Of a stretch of 36,719 nucleotides of DNA, positions 1 to 9,200 are shown one piece after another. The notes below the pieces were generated by a model. The model was given only the letters and a program-made list of their open reading frames with translations. It was not told the DNA's origin and did no database searches. The position numbers and the translations under genes were made by a program. The stretch lies in NCBI GenBank assembly GCA_049619235.1, contig JBMZMP010000001.1, forward strand, positions 1 to 36,719. The letters run 5' to 3'. The first letter of the stretch is position 1; every line of letters starts with the position of its first letter. The DNA is from Thermoplasmatota archaeon. Its GTDB lineage: Archaea; Thermoplasmatota; E2; JACPAO01; JAHFTW01.

Positions 1-1
1 G

Positions 2-235
2 GACGAAACCGACTCCGGCCTAGACATCGACGCCATGAAAGCGGTGGCAGAAGGGGTCAACAAGCTCAAGCGCGACGACAACGGCTTCCTGGTCATCACC
101 CACTACCAGCGCCTGCTCGACTACATCGTGCCCGACTACGTGCACGTGCTCGCCGACGGCAAGATTGTCAAAACCGGCGGCAAGGAACTCGCCTTGCAGC
201 TGGAAGACGAAGGCTACGCAACCATCGCGGAATGA
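2..235 (+). CDS. sufC: Fe-S cluster assembly ATPase SufC, C-terminal fragment (5' end outside window)
   Basis: The frame is open from base 2. Translation [22 protein letters not shown]...[44 protein letters not shown] matches the Walker B / D-loop / H-loop end of SufC. It is followed directly by sufD and sufS. Confidence 0.85.
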   Translation, partial: DETDSGLDIDAMKAVAEGVNKLKRDDNGFLVITHYQRLLDYIVPDYVHVLADGKIVKTGGKELALQLEDEGYATIAE

Positions 236-236
236 C

Positions 237-1283
237 ATGATTGGAAAGGACGAACGGTACCTACACGCCCCCAAGGCCATCCTCAGCGTGGACGTGCTTC
301 CCGGCACCGTCCCAGACGCGCCTGACTTGGGCCTTCCGCAAATTCACCTACTCGACGGCCAACTCCAAGACACCAATCAACACGTTCGGGAATGGACGGC
401 CGCCGACGGCACCGACGAGGACCCGGACCACTTCGCCGCCATCAACCGCGACGAGGCCACCAACGGCGTGGTCATTACCGTCCCCAAGAACACGCAAGCG
501 GCGTACCACCTTGTCAACACCACGACGAAGCGCGTGGTGACCCGCGTGCACATTCACCTCGAAACCGGTGCCGAACTGCGACTCATCGAACACCACCTCG
601 GCCACGGCACCGTCAACCAAGTCACACGCATCACGCAAGACGCCAACAGCCACCTCAAGCACGACAAACTGCAAGAGGACACGGGCATCCGCGTGGACAC
701 GCTCAGCTGCGACATCCACCGGGACGCGAACTGCAAACTGGGAAACATCAGCCTCAACGGCGACGCCATCCGCAACACCGCGACCGCAAACCTCCTAGGA
801 GCCGGGGCACACGCCGCCATGCACGGCCTCTACGTGGTCGGCCGCAAGCGCCACGTGGATAACTGGACCCGCGTCGATCACGCAGTCGCCGACTGCACCA
901 GTGAACAACTCTACAAAGGTGTCCTCAGCGACGAAGGCCACGGCGCGTTCACCGGTAACATCCTCGTCCGCAAAGATGCACAACGCACACGCAGCGAACA
1001 AGAAAACCGCAACCTCCTCCTCAGCCGCAAAGCCCACGTGGACACCACGCCGCAACTGGAAATTCACGCCGACGACGTGCAATGCGCGCACGGCAGCACC
1101 GTGGGGCAACTGGACGAAGAAGCGTTGTTCTTCCTTCGAACCCGCGGCATCGGCGCCGAGGAAGCACGAGTCATGCTCACGAAGGCGTTCGTTCAAGAAG
1201 TGGTGGACCAATGCCAACCCGAAGTGCGCGAACTGATCACCAGCCGCATTGAAGCCTGGTTCATGCGCCACGAGGCCCCATGA
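237..1283 (+). CDS. sufD: Fe-S cluster assembly protein SufD
   Basis: ORF 165-1283 was trimmed to the in-frame ATG at 237, which lies 1 nt after the sufC stop (233-235). The C-terminus HADDVQCAHGSTVGQLDEEALFFLRTRGIGAEEARVMLTKAFV is the SufB/D signature in its SufD form. The stop overlaps the sufS ATG (ATGA, 1280-1283). Confidence 0.8.
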   Translation: MIGKDERYLHAPKAILSVDVLPGTVPDAPDLGLPQIHLLDGQLQDTNQHVREWTAADGTDEDPDHFAAINRDEATNGVVITVPKNTQAAYHLVNTTTKRVVTRVHIHLETGAELRLIEHHLGHGTVNQVTRITQDANSHLKHDKLQEDTGIRVDTLSCDIHRDANCKLGNISLNGDAIRNTATANLLGAGAHAAMHGLYVVGRKRHVDNWTRVDHAVADCTSEQLYKGVLSDEGHGAFTGNILVRKDAQRTRSEQENRNLLLSRKAHVDTTPQLEIHADDVQCAHGSTVGQLDEEALFFLRTRGIGAEEARVMLTKAFVQEVVDQCQPEVRELITSRIEAWFMRHEAP

Positions 1284-2491
1284 ATGTGGAAGAGATTCGG
1301 AAGGAATTCCCCCTCCTGCACCAAGACGTGCACGACCACCCCTTGGCGTACCTAGACAACGCCGCCACCAGCCAAAAGCCGCAATGCGTCATCGACAAAG
1401 AACGGCGGTACTACGAACTGGACAACGCAAACATCCACCGCGGCGTCCATGAATTGTCACAACGCGCCACGGACGAATACGAAAAAGCCCGGGAAAACAT
1501 CCGGGACTGGATCAATGCCCCCCGCGTGGAGGAATGCATCTTCGTCCGGGGCACCACGGAAGCCATCAACCTCGTCGCACAAACCTTTGGGCGCCAGCTT
1601 CAAGCAGGCGACGAAATCGTCATTGGCCACAGCGAACACCACAGCAACATTGTCCCCTGGCAACTATTGTGCAAAGAACGGGGCACCGTGCTTCGCGTCA
1701 TCCCCCTCAATGACAAAGGCGAATGGGACCTAAGCTCCCTCGACGCCGTCATCACGGACAAGTGCAAATTGGTCAGCGTCGGCCACGTCAGCAACGCCCT
1801 CGGCACCATCAACCAAGTCGGCCCCGTCATCGCCCGCGCCAAAGCCGTCGGTGCAGCCACGCTCCTCGACGGAGCCCAAGCGGTCCCACACATGAAAGTG
1901 GACGTCCAAGCACTCGGCTGTGACTTCTACGCATTCTCCGCCCACAAAATGTACGGCCCCACAGGCGTCGGCATCCTCTGGGGCCGCACTGAACTCCTCG
2001 AGGCCATGCCCCCTTGGCAAGGCGGTGGCGAAATGATCAACAAGGTCACTTTCGAAGAGACCACCTACAACGAAATCCCTCACAAATTCGAAGCGGGCAC
2101 CCCCAACATCGCGGGCGGCATTGGCTTTGGAGCCGCCATTGAGTTCCTGCGCCGAGTGGGCATCGAAAACATCGCCGCCCACGAAGCAGAACTGGAAGCG
2201 TACTGCACCGCAGAACTCTCCAAAATCGAAGGCGTGCGCCTCATCGGAACCGCCGCCGAAAAAGCAGGCGTCGTCAGTTTCGTCATCGACGGCGTGCACC
2301 CACATGACGTGGGCACCCTCGTGGACCGCTACGGCGTTGCCATCCGCACGGGCCACCACTGCGCCCAACCGGTCATGCAGCACTTCGACGTCCCAGCCAC
2401 CTGCCGCGCCAGTTTCGCATGCTACAACACCCGCGACGAAGTGGACCGCCTCATCGTCGCGTTGAAGAAAACCATTGAGCTGTTTGCATGA
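1280..2491 (+). CDS. sufS: Cysteine desulfurase SufS (class V aminotransferase)
   Basis: 403 aa. Motifs seen: LDNAATSQKP, HRGVHELS, FSAHKMYGPTGVGIL (PLP-Lys) and RTGHHCAQP (catalytic Cys loop). Sits in suf operon context. Confidence 0.9.
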   Translation: MNVEEIRKEFPLLHQDVHDHPLAYLDNAATSQKPQCVIDKERRYYELDNANIHRGVHELSQRATDEYEKARENIRDWINAPRVEECIFVRGTTEAINLVAQTFGRQLQAGDEIVIGHSEHHSNIVPWQLLCKERGTVLRVIPLNDKGEWDLSSLDAVITDKCKLVSVGHVSNALGTINQVGPVIARAKAVGAATLLDGAQAVPHMKVDVQALGCDFYAFSAHKMYGPTGVGILWGRTELLEAMPPWQGGGEMINKVTFEETTYNEIPHKFEAGTPNIAGGIGFGAAIEFLRRVGIENIAAHEAELEAYCTAELSKIEGVRLIGTAAEKAGVVSFVIDGVHPHDVGTLVDRYGVAIRTGHHCAQPVMQHFDVPATCRASFACYNTRDEVDRLIVALKKTIELFA

Positions 2492-2901
2492 ACCTGTACC
2501 AAGACGTCATCATGGAACACAACCGGTTCCCCCGCGGCTTCGGCCCCCTCGACGGCGCCACGCACGTGGCCCACGGCCACAACCCCCTCTGCGGTGACAA
2601 CGTGGTCGTCCGCCTCAAGATGGCTGGTGAACAGGTGCAAGACGCGGCCTTCGAAGGCGTCGGTTGCGCCATTTGCAAAGCCAGCGCAAGCATGATGATG
2701 GAGACCTTGAAGGAATCCGGCACAGCGCTTGCGGAACCGTTCCTGGAATTGCTCCGCACCGGCAAAGGCGACCTCGGGAAACTGCAAGTGTTCGAAACGG
2801 TCTGGAACTACCCCGCCCGCGTCAAATGCGCCGCGCTGCCATGGCGCACCATGCAAGCCGCCCTCGCCGGCACACCCGCAACCACAACGGAAGAAACATG
2901 A
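2488..2901 (+). CDS. sufU: SufU / IscU-like sulfur acceptor scaffold
   Basis: 137 aa with three conserved Cys motifs: NPLCGD, GCAICKAS and RVKCAALPW. ATGA overlaps occur with sufS (2488-2491) and with the next gene (2898-2901). Confidence 0.85.
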   Translation: MNLYQDVIMEHNRFPRGFGPLDGATHVAHGHNPLCGDNVVVRLKMAGEQVQDAAFEGVGCAICKASASMMMETLKESGTALAEPFLELLRTGKGDLGKLQVFETVWNYPARVKCAALPWRTMQAALAGTPATTTEET

Positions 2902-3455
2902 GCAGCCTAGAAACCGCGCTACTGACTCGCAAAGTGAAAGCCGTGCAAATCCCGGAAGGCGTGGAAGTGGACCTGGATGCAGGGCAAGTGGTCACGATCA
3001 CGCAAGCCCTCGGGTTTAGCTACACCATTCAAAACGTGGAGAACCGCAAGTTCCGCATCGAGATGCGAGACGCGGACGCCCTAGGAAAACCGGTTCCGGA
3101 ACACATCAAGGCTGCCGAGGGGGAACCCATGGGCGCCGAGGAAGCGGAAGAGCGGGCTTGGGAACTCCTCAAGCAAGTGCATGACCCAGAAATCCCCGTG
3201 AACGTGGTGGATCTTGGGCTGGTGTACACGGTGAAGATGCACAAGCGGGGCGATGGTTTGTTGTTTTGCGAAGTGCGCATGACCCTCACCGCCCCTGGCT
3301 GCGGCATGGGTGATTTCCTCATCCGGGACGTGGAAACTGTGCTCAAAACCATCCCCGGTGTGGACACGGTGGATGCCAAAGTGGTGTTCGACCCCGTGTG
3401 GAACCCCCACCGGGACATGAGTGAAGGGGCAAAACTTCAGCTGGGCCTGCTGTAA
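2898..3455 (+). CDS. sufT: SufT-like DUF59 (MIP18 family) Fe-S assembly protein
   Basis: ORF 2664-3455 was trimmed to ATG 2898, which overlaps the sufU stop. The C-terminal half, LLKQVHDPEIPVNVVDLGLVYTV...MTLTAPGCGMGDFL...VVFDPVWNPHRDMSEGAKLQLGLL, is a typical DUF59 domain. Confidence 0.75.
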   Translation: MSSLETALLTRKVKAVQIPEGVEVDLDAGQVVTITQALGFSYTIQNVENRKFRIEMRDADALGKPVPEHIKAAEGEPMGAEEAEERAWELLKQVHDPEIPVNVVDLGLVYTVKMHKRGDGLLFCEVRMTLTAPGCGMGDFLIRDVETVLKTIPGVDTVDAKVVFDPVWNPHRDMSEGAKLQLGLL

Positions 3456-3507
3456 GTAGCCGGTGCGTGCTTAGGAACGGCCCTGCCCTCACGGTTCGCT
3501 TTTGCGG

Positions 3508-3515
3508 CTTATATT
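3508..3515 (+). promoter_or_regulatory. TATA-like box (CTTATATT) upstream of the pilin-like gene
   Basis: AT-rich octamer in an otherwise GC-rich spacer. It lies 28-35 nt upstream of TTG 3543 and 46-53 nt upstream of ATG 3561. Confidence 0.3.
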
Positions 3516-3560
3516 GCCCCCAACGAAATCCCTTTCCTTTGATTGAGTCCAATAACATGC

Positions 3561-4517
3561 ATGGGCTGGCGAAACGAGCATGCCGTGGCTCCCATCGTGG
3601 GCGTCATCATGCTGCTTGGCTCCACAATCGTGCTCGGTGCGGGCATTTGGTTCATCGCCTCCGGCCTTTCGGAGGGCGACTTGGATACGCAGTACTCCGT
3701 CCCAAGCGTTCTCAAAGCTGATGATGGAAGCGCCCTGTACGTCACGCTCATCGCCGGAGAATCGGTCCCATTGGATCGGGCGCGACTGCAGGTCTCCATC
3801 GATGGTGTCGCCGCTGAGTATCCCATGACCGTGTACGCCAACGAAGTCAGAGATGGCAAGACCTGGCGCGCGGGGGACCACTTGTGTGTCGTCGGTAGAT
3901 TGCCCGGTTGCCTTGTGAATTCAGGCAACACCGTGAGTGCACAAATCGTGGTCCACGAAACCCTCATCTGGAAAGGCTCCTGGCTCCTGAACCCTTGGAG
4001 CATCGACTCCTCAGGTACCCTGGTTTCCCATTGTGCCGGGCCCGTTTTCGTGGACGTGCTTGGAACCTCCATCACGTATGGCGCCGGCGGGCCAGACATT
4101 CCTGTCCGCGTTGACTTGGACTCCGGCAACGGATTCGAACCCCTCTTTGGCGGCGACCCAGTAGCGGGTGGCGAGTCGTACAACATTGCATGGAGCACCC
4201 TCGGAACCGAATTCCGCCTGCAAGGTCGCGCCGACTATCTCTCCTTCCACGCCAGCTACGCAAGCGGCATAGGGGACGACCACGTTCTCGTGCTCTTGGA
4301 CGGCGACCCGGTTCCGGACATCCCCGCCTATGGGAACCAAGCAGGCATCGAAGACTTCCTCACCTCGTACATTGACGTGGCCAGTGGCACCGTGACCCTG
4401 GATCCGTCCCAGGCGATTCTGCTCTTCGAATTCACATCCAACCTGGCAAGCCCCGCCGCCGACTGGCAGGACCTCGTGGTGGTCGTGGACTTCGAAGGGC
4501 CGCTCTGTGATGCGTAG
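3561..4517 (+). CDS. Archaeal type IV pilin-like protein (class III signal peptide, DUF1628-like N-terminus) with an uncharacterised C-terminal region
   Basis: The N-terminus MGWRNEHAVAPIVGVIMLLGSTIVLGAGIWFIASGL resembles the archaeal prepilin motif (charged residues, then A-V-x-P-[IV]-[IV]-G-V plus a hydrophobic helix). The following LYVTLIAGESVPLDRARLQVSIDG resembles the DUF1628 core. The start could instead be TTG 3543. Confidence 0.6.
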   Translation: MGWRNEHAVAPIVGVIMLLGSTIVLGAGIWFIASGLSEGDLDTQYSVPSVLKADDGSALYVTLIAGESVPLDRARLQVSIDGVAAEYPMTVYANEVRDGKTWRAGDHLCVVGRLPGCLVNSGNTVSAQIVVHETLIWKGSWLLNPWSIDSSGTLVSHCAGPVFVDVLGTSITYGAGGPDIPVRVDLDSGNGFEPLFGGDPVAGGESYNIAWSTLGTEFRLQGRADYLSFHASYASGIGDDHVLVLLDGDPVPDIPAYGNQAGIEDFLTSYIDVASGTVTLDPSQAILLFEFTSNLASPAADWQDLVVVVDFEGPLCDA

Positions 4518-4700
4518 CGCGACCGAGCGAGCCGTGCCAAGGGCAAATGTTCGACGGATACGAGGCGTGGGTCCGACGATGCTGGCCCGTGCTGATATGT
4601 TGATATGTTCAAGTGATACCCAACCTGTTCGGCGCGGCTTCGTCAAATCACGAACCGAAAACAATAGAATCCGTTGATTGACGAATCGTTGGTATCAACC

Positions 4701-4707
4701 TTTATAG
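4701..4707 (+). promoter_or_regulatory. TATA box (TTTATAG) of the megasynthase operon; first gene probably leaderless
   Basis: This is the only AT-rich heptamer in the spacer. Its centre lies about 28 nt upstream of ATG 4732, which fits archaeal TATA-to-TSS spacing with the TSS at or near the ATG. Confidence 0.45.
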
Positions 4708-4731
4708 CCCACCTCTGGAGAGCCCGTCACA

Positions 4732-6291
4732 ATGACGGACCCCATTGCCGCCCTTCGCGAACGCAAAGCCAAAGCCATGCAAGGCGGCGGCGCAGCACGC
4801 ATCGAAGCCCAGCACAAGAAAGGCAAATACACGGCGCGCGAACGCCTCGATTTGCTCCTTGACAAGGACTCCTTCGTGGAAATGGATCCATTCGTCCGCC
4901 ACCAAGCCAAACACTTCGGCATGGACAAAATGCAATTCGACGGCGACGGCGTCGTCACCGGGCACGGCACCGTCAAAGGCCGCCTCGTCTTCGTGTACAG
5001 TCAAGACTTCACCGTCCTTGGCGGCAGCCTCGGCAACGCCACCGGCAAAAAAATTGCCAAAGTCATCGAGCAAGCCATCAGTTGCGGAGCCCCCGTCATT
5101 GGGTTCAACGACTCCGGCGGCGCCCGCATCCAAGAAGGCGTCGCAAGCCTCGCCGGATACGGTGACATCTTCTTCAACAACGTCAAAGCAAGCGGCGTCA
5201 TCCCACAAATCTCCGTCATCGTGGGACCCTCCGCAGGCGGCGCCGTGTACAGCCCCGCCCTCACCGACTTCACCATCATGACCCAAGACACGAGCCACAT
5301 GTTCGTCACCGGTCCAGACGTGGTGAAAACCGTCACGGGGGAACAAGCCACGCAGGAAGAACTCGGCGGCGCAAGCGTCCACGAAGTCAAATCCGGCGTC
5401 GCCAGTTTCAGCGGCCTCGACGAGGACGAAACCATCGAAATGATTCGCACCCTCCTCGAATACCTCCCCAGCAACAACCTCGCAGACCTCCCAATTAAAG
5501 ACACCGGGGATGAACGGGGCCGCATGGACGAAGACATCCAAAACATCGTCCCACGCGAACCCAACAAACCCTACGACGTCCGGGAAGTGGTCAACCGCGT
5601 CATGGACCTCGGATCCTTCTTCGAAATCCAACCAAAATGGGCACAAAACATCGTCGTCGGCTTTGCCCGCCTCGACGGCATCCCCGTCGGCGTGGTTGCA
5701 AACCAACCCGCCGTCCTCGCAGGTGCCCTCGACATTGAAGCCAGCATCAAGGGCGCGAAATTCATTCGCTTCTGCGACTCCTTCAACATCCCACTCATCA
5801 CCATGGTGGACGTGCCCGGCTTCCTGCCCGGCATGGGCCAAGAACACGGCGGCATCATCCGAAACGGCGCCAAACTCCTGTACGCATACTGTGAAGCCAC
5901 CGTGCCCAAACTGCAAGTGGTGCTCCGCAAGTCCTACGGTGGCGCCTACATCGTCATGAGCAGCAAGCACGTAGGAAGCGACCTCAACCTCGCCTGGCCA
6001 GGCACCGAAATCGCCGTCATGGGAGCCGCCGGAGCCGTGGAAATCATCCACCGCCGGAAACTCCTCGCCCTCGCCGAAGAGGACCCGGAAGCAGCCGCGA
6101 AGATGAAAGCCGAATTCGAAGCCGAATACGCAGAGAAATTCAGCAACCCCTACGCCGCCGCGGAAATGGGTTGGGTGGACGACATCATCGAGCCACGGGA
6201 AACCCGCCCGCGCCTCATCGCTGCCCTCCTGCCGCTCCTCAACAAGCGCGAACAACGCCCCGCCAAGAAACACGGACTCACGCCACTTTAG
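4732..6291 (+). CDS. pccB: Acyl-CoA carboxylase carboxyltransferase subunit (PccB / 12S-type; acetyl/propionyl-CoA)
   Basis: 519 aa. Motifs seen: QHKKGKYTARERLDLLLD, FTVLGGSLG, GFNDSGGARIQEG, VIVGPSAGGAVYSPALTDF, ANQP..LAG.LD and GGAYIVM, which are typical of the carboxyltransferase beta subunit. Confidence 0.9.
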   Translation: MTDPIAALRERKAKAMQGGGAARIEAQHKKGKYTARERLDLLLDKDSFVEMDPFVRHQAKHFGMDKMQFDGDGVVTGHGTVKGRLVFVYSQDFTVLGGSLGNATGKKIAKVIEQAISCGAPVIGFNDSGGARIQEGVASLAGYGDIFFNNVKASGVIPQISVIVGPSAGGAVYSPALTDFTIMTQDTSHMFVTGPDVVKTVTGEQATQEELGGASVHEVKSGVASFSGLDEDETIEMIRTLLEYLPSNNLADLPIKDTGDERGRMDEDIQNIVPREPNKPYDVREVVNRVMDLGSFFEIQPKWAQNIVVGFARLDGIPVGVVANQPAVLAGALDIEASIKGAKFIRFCDSFNIPLITMVDVPGFLPGMGQEHGGIIRNGAKLLYAYCEATVPKLQVVLRKSYGGAYIVMSSKHVGSDLNLAWPGTEIAVMGAAGAVEIIHRRKLLALAEEDPEAAAKMKAEFEAEYAEKFSNPYAAAEMGWVDDIIEPRETRPRLIAALLPLLNKREQRPAKKHGLTPL

Positions 6292-6299
6292 GTGCCCCC

Positions 6300-9200
6300 A
6301 TGACCAAAGAACCCATTGCAATCATCGGCACCGGTTGCGTCCTCCCAGACGCCCCCGACGTTGCCACATTCTGGAACAACCTCCTCGCGGGCAAAAGCAG
6401 CATCACCGAGGTGCCCCGCGAACGCTGGGACCCCACCCTCTACCACTCCGACGACAAAACACTCCCCGACATGACGTACACCAAAATCGGTGGCTTCGTC
6501 GCAGACGACGCGTTCAACGGCATCGACTACCGCATGCCGCCAAAAGTCGTGGACCAAATCGACCCCTGCCAACGCTGGGCCCTCGCCGCAACCCGGCAAG
6601 CGTTCCAAAACGCAGGTTACGCAACCGGCCTCAAGGGCGACGAAGGGAAGGCATTCGACCGCGACCGCTGCGCAGTGATCGTCGGGAACGCAATGGGTGG
6701 CGAAGTGCAAAAAGCGGTCAGCAAGCGGGTGTACTGGGCCGAAGCAGAAGCAGCCATCCGAGCCGACTCCAAGTTCCAAACCCTTCCCCAGGAAGCCCAG
6801 GACGAAATCCTCTCGCGGGCACAAGCTGAATTCAAAGCCACAACCAACCCCATCACCGAAGACACCTTGCCCGGCCACCTCAGCAACGTGGTCGCCGGCC
6901 GCATCGCCAACGCCTTCGATTTGGGTGGCAAAAACTTCACCACGGACGCCGCTTGCGCAAGCAGCTTCGCAGCCCTCGACGCTGCGGTCAAAACACTGCG
7001 CGACCAAGACAGCGACCTCGTCATCTGGGGCGGCACCGACCGCTCCATGGATGTCACGGCCTACATCCAATTCAGCAAAATTGGGGCCCTCAGTCCCGAC
7101 GGCAGCCGCCCCTTCGATGAAGGCGCAAACGGCTTCGTCATGGGCGAAGGATGTGCCATGTTCCTCCTCAAGCGCCTCAGCGACGCGGAACGGGACGGCG
7201 ACAACATCATCGCCACCATTCGCGGCATCGGAAGCAGCAGCGACGGCAAAGGGAAAGGCATCACCGCCCCCAACCCCAGTGGCCAAGTGAAAGCAGTCGA
7301 ACGCGCCTACAAAGACGCCGGCGTGGACCCCGCCACCATTGGCTACATGGAAGCCCACGGCACCAGCACCCCCGTCGGTGACCCCGTGGAACTGGAATCC
7401 GCCAGCAAAGGCATCAGTGCCACCACCACGCAAACCATCGCCCCCGGCAGCATCCGCGTGGGGAGCGTCAAGAGCAACATCGGCCACCTCAAGGCAGCAG
7501 CCGGCGCCGCCGGCGTCCTGAAGGCCGCCCTGGCCCTCAAAGAAGGGGTCCTTCCGCCAAGCATCAACGTCAAGACCCTCAACCCCCGCATTGACTGGGA
7601 AAACAGCGTCTTCAAAGTGCAAACCACGCAAGAAGGCTGGGTCCAAGAAGGCCCACGACGCGCCGCCGTCAGCAGCTTCGGCTTTGGCGGCACCAACTTC
7701 CACGTGGTCCTCGAGCAACACGTCCCCGGCGCATGGCAAGCCCCCGTGGCAACGCAAGCGGTCGCCGAAACCCGCACCGAGTTGGACCTTGCAGGGTTTC
7801 AAGCAGGCTTCAACGCCAGCCTCGAACCAGAAGCGGTCGTCCTAAGCTCCGCACAAGCCGCAAGCCTCGACCTCCAAACCACAAACTTCGCGGAAACTGG
7901 CACCGGCGCACGTCTCCGGGACCAACTGCACCCGCTCACCAAAGAAGGGGTTGCTGCAAACGAACGAGTCGCATTCCACGTGGCCGACGTGGCTGAGATT
8001 CCAAAGAAACTTGGACTCGCCCAGAAAGCCATGGAAAACCCCGCCGCAGCCCGCCTTGCCTTCAACCAAGGCGTCTTCCTCGGACGCGGTGCGCCAGAAG
8101 GCAAAGTGGCGTTCCTGTTCCCCGGACAAGGCACCCAGTACGTCAACATGGGCCGCGACCTCGCCGAAAAATACGAGATCGTCCGCAAAACCTTCGAAGA
8201 AGCCGATGAGGCACTCTTCGACGACATCGGCGGCAAACTCACTGACATTCTCTGGCCCACACCCAACACGGAAGAAAACCAAAAGGCCAGCAACGAGAAA
8301 CTCAAACTCACCGAATACACGCAACCCGCGGTTCTCGCAATGGACCTTGCCTGCCTGCGCCTGTTGCAAAGCTGGGGCATCAAGCCCGACATGGTCGCCG
8401 GGCACAGCCTCGGCGAATACGGTGCCCTCATGGCAGCCGGTGTGTTGAGCCTCAAAGACGCCCTACATGCAGTCGCTGCCCGCGGTCGCGAAATGGCAAA
8501 CGTGGACCTCCCGGACCTTGGCAAAATGGCCAGCATCAGCGCCGACTGGCACGACGTGCAAGGGTTCCTGGACGGCGTGGACGGCTACGTCATCCCCGCC
8601 AACAAGAACTGCCCAAGCCAAACCGTCATCGCAGGCAGCACCGAAGGCGTCGAGAACGCCGTCGCCAAAATCAGTGAAGCCGGCATCCAAACCATGTTCC
8701 TGCCGGTGAGCGCCGCGTTCCACAGTGAAATCGTCGCCCCCGCCAGCGGACCGCTTCGCAAAGTGCTCGGGCGCCTCGACGTCCAATCCCCGAAAGTGCC
8801 CGTCATCACCAACGTTGGCGCTCGCTTGTACGAAGACGACCCGGAATGGATTCGGGACAACCTCGCCGTCCAAGTTGCAAGCCCCGTTGACTGGATTGAC
8901 ACCATTGAGAAAATGTACGCCGAGGGCGTTCGGTACTTCATCGAAGTGGGCCCCAAGCGCGCGCTCAGCGGCTTCGTGATGGACATCCTGAAAGACAAAC
9001 AAGACGTCCGCGCCATGTTCGCCAACCACCCCAAGAAAGGTGGCATTCAATCCTTGAACGAAATGTACGCCTTCCTCGGCGCCAGCGGATTTGCACCCCA
9101 AGTGCACGCCCTCGATGACGCGGACGTATACACCAAATCGTTCCTCGACCCAGTGGCTGCATTCACGAAGGAAGTGGCCGTTGCTGCTCAGCCCCCCATC

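Noticed and set aside
4518-4731. Possible tRNA or small RNA in the 214-nt spacer, and likewise in 31309-31584
   Set aside because: I could not fold a cloverleaf or find T-loop (GTTCRANYC-like) or anticodon-arm features by eye. The regions are better explained as promoter/terminator spacers. A tRNAscan/Infernal run would be needed for certainty.
4702-6321. 539-aa minus-strand ORF antisense to the carboxyltransferase gene
   Set aside because: Its translation is low-complexity and rich in Gly/Val/Asp/Ala/His with no recognisable motifs. The plus-strand frame gives a textbook PccB. It is a typical GC3-bias shadow ORF.
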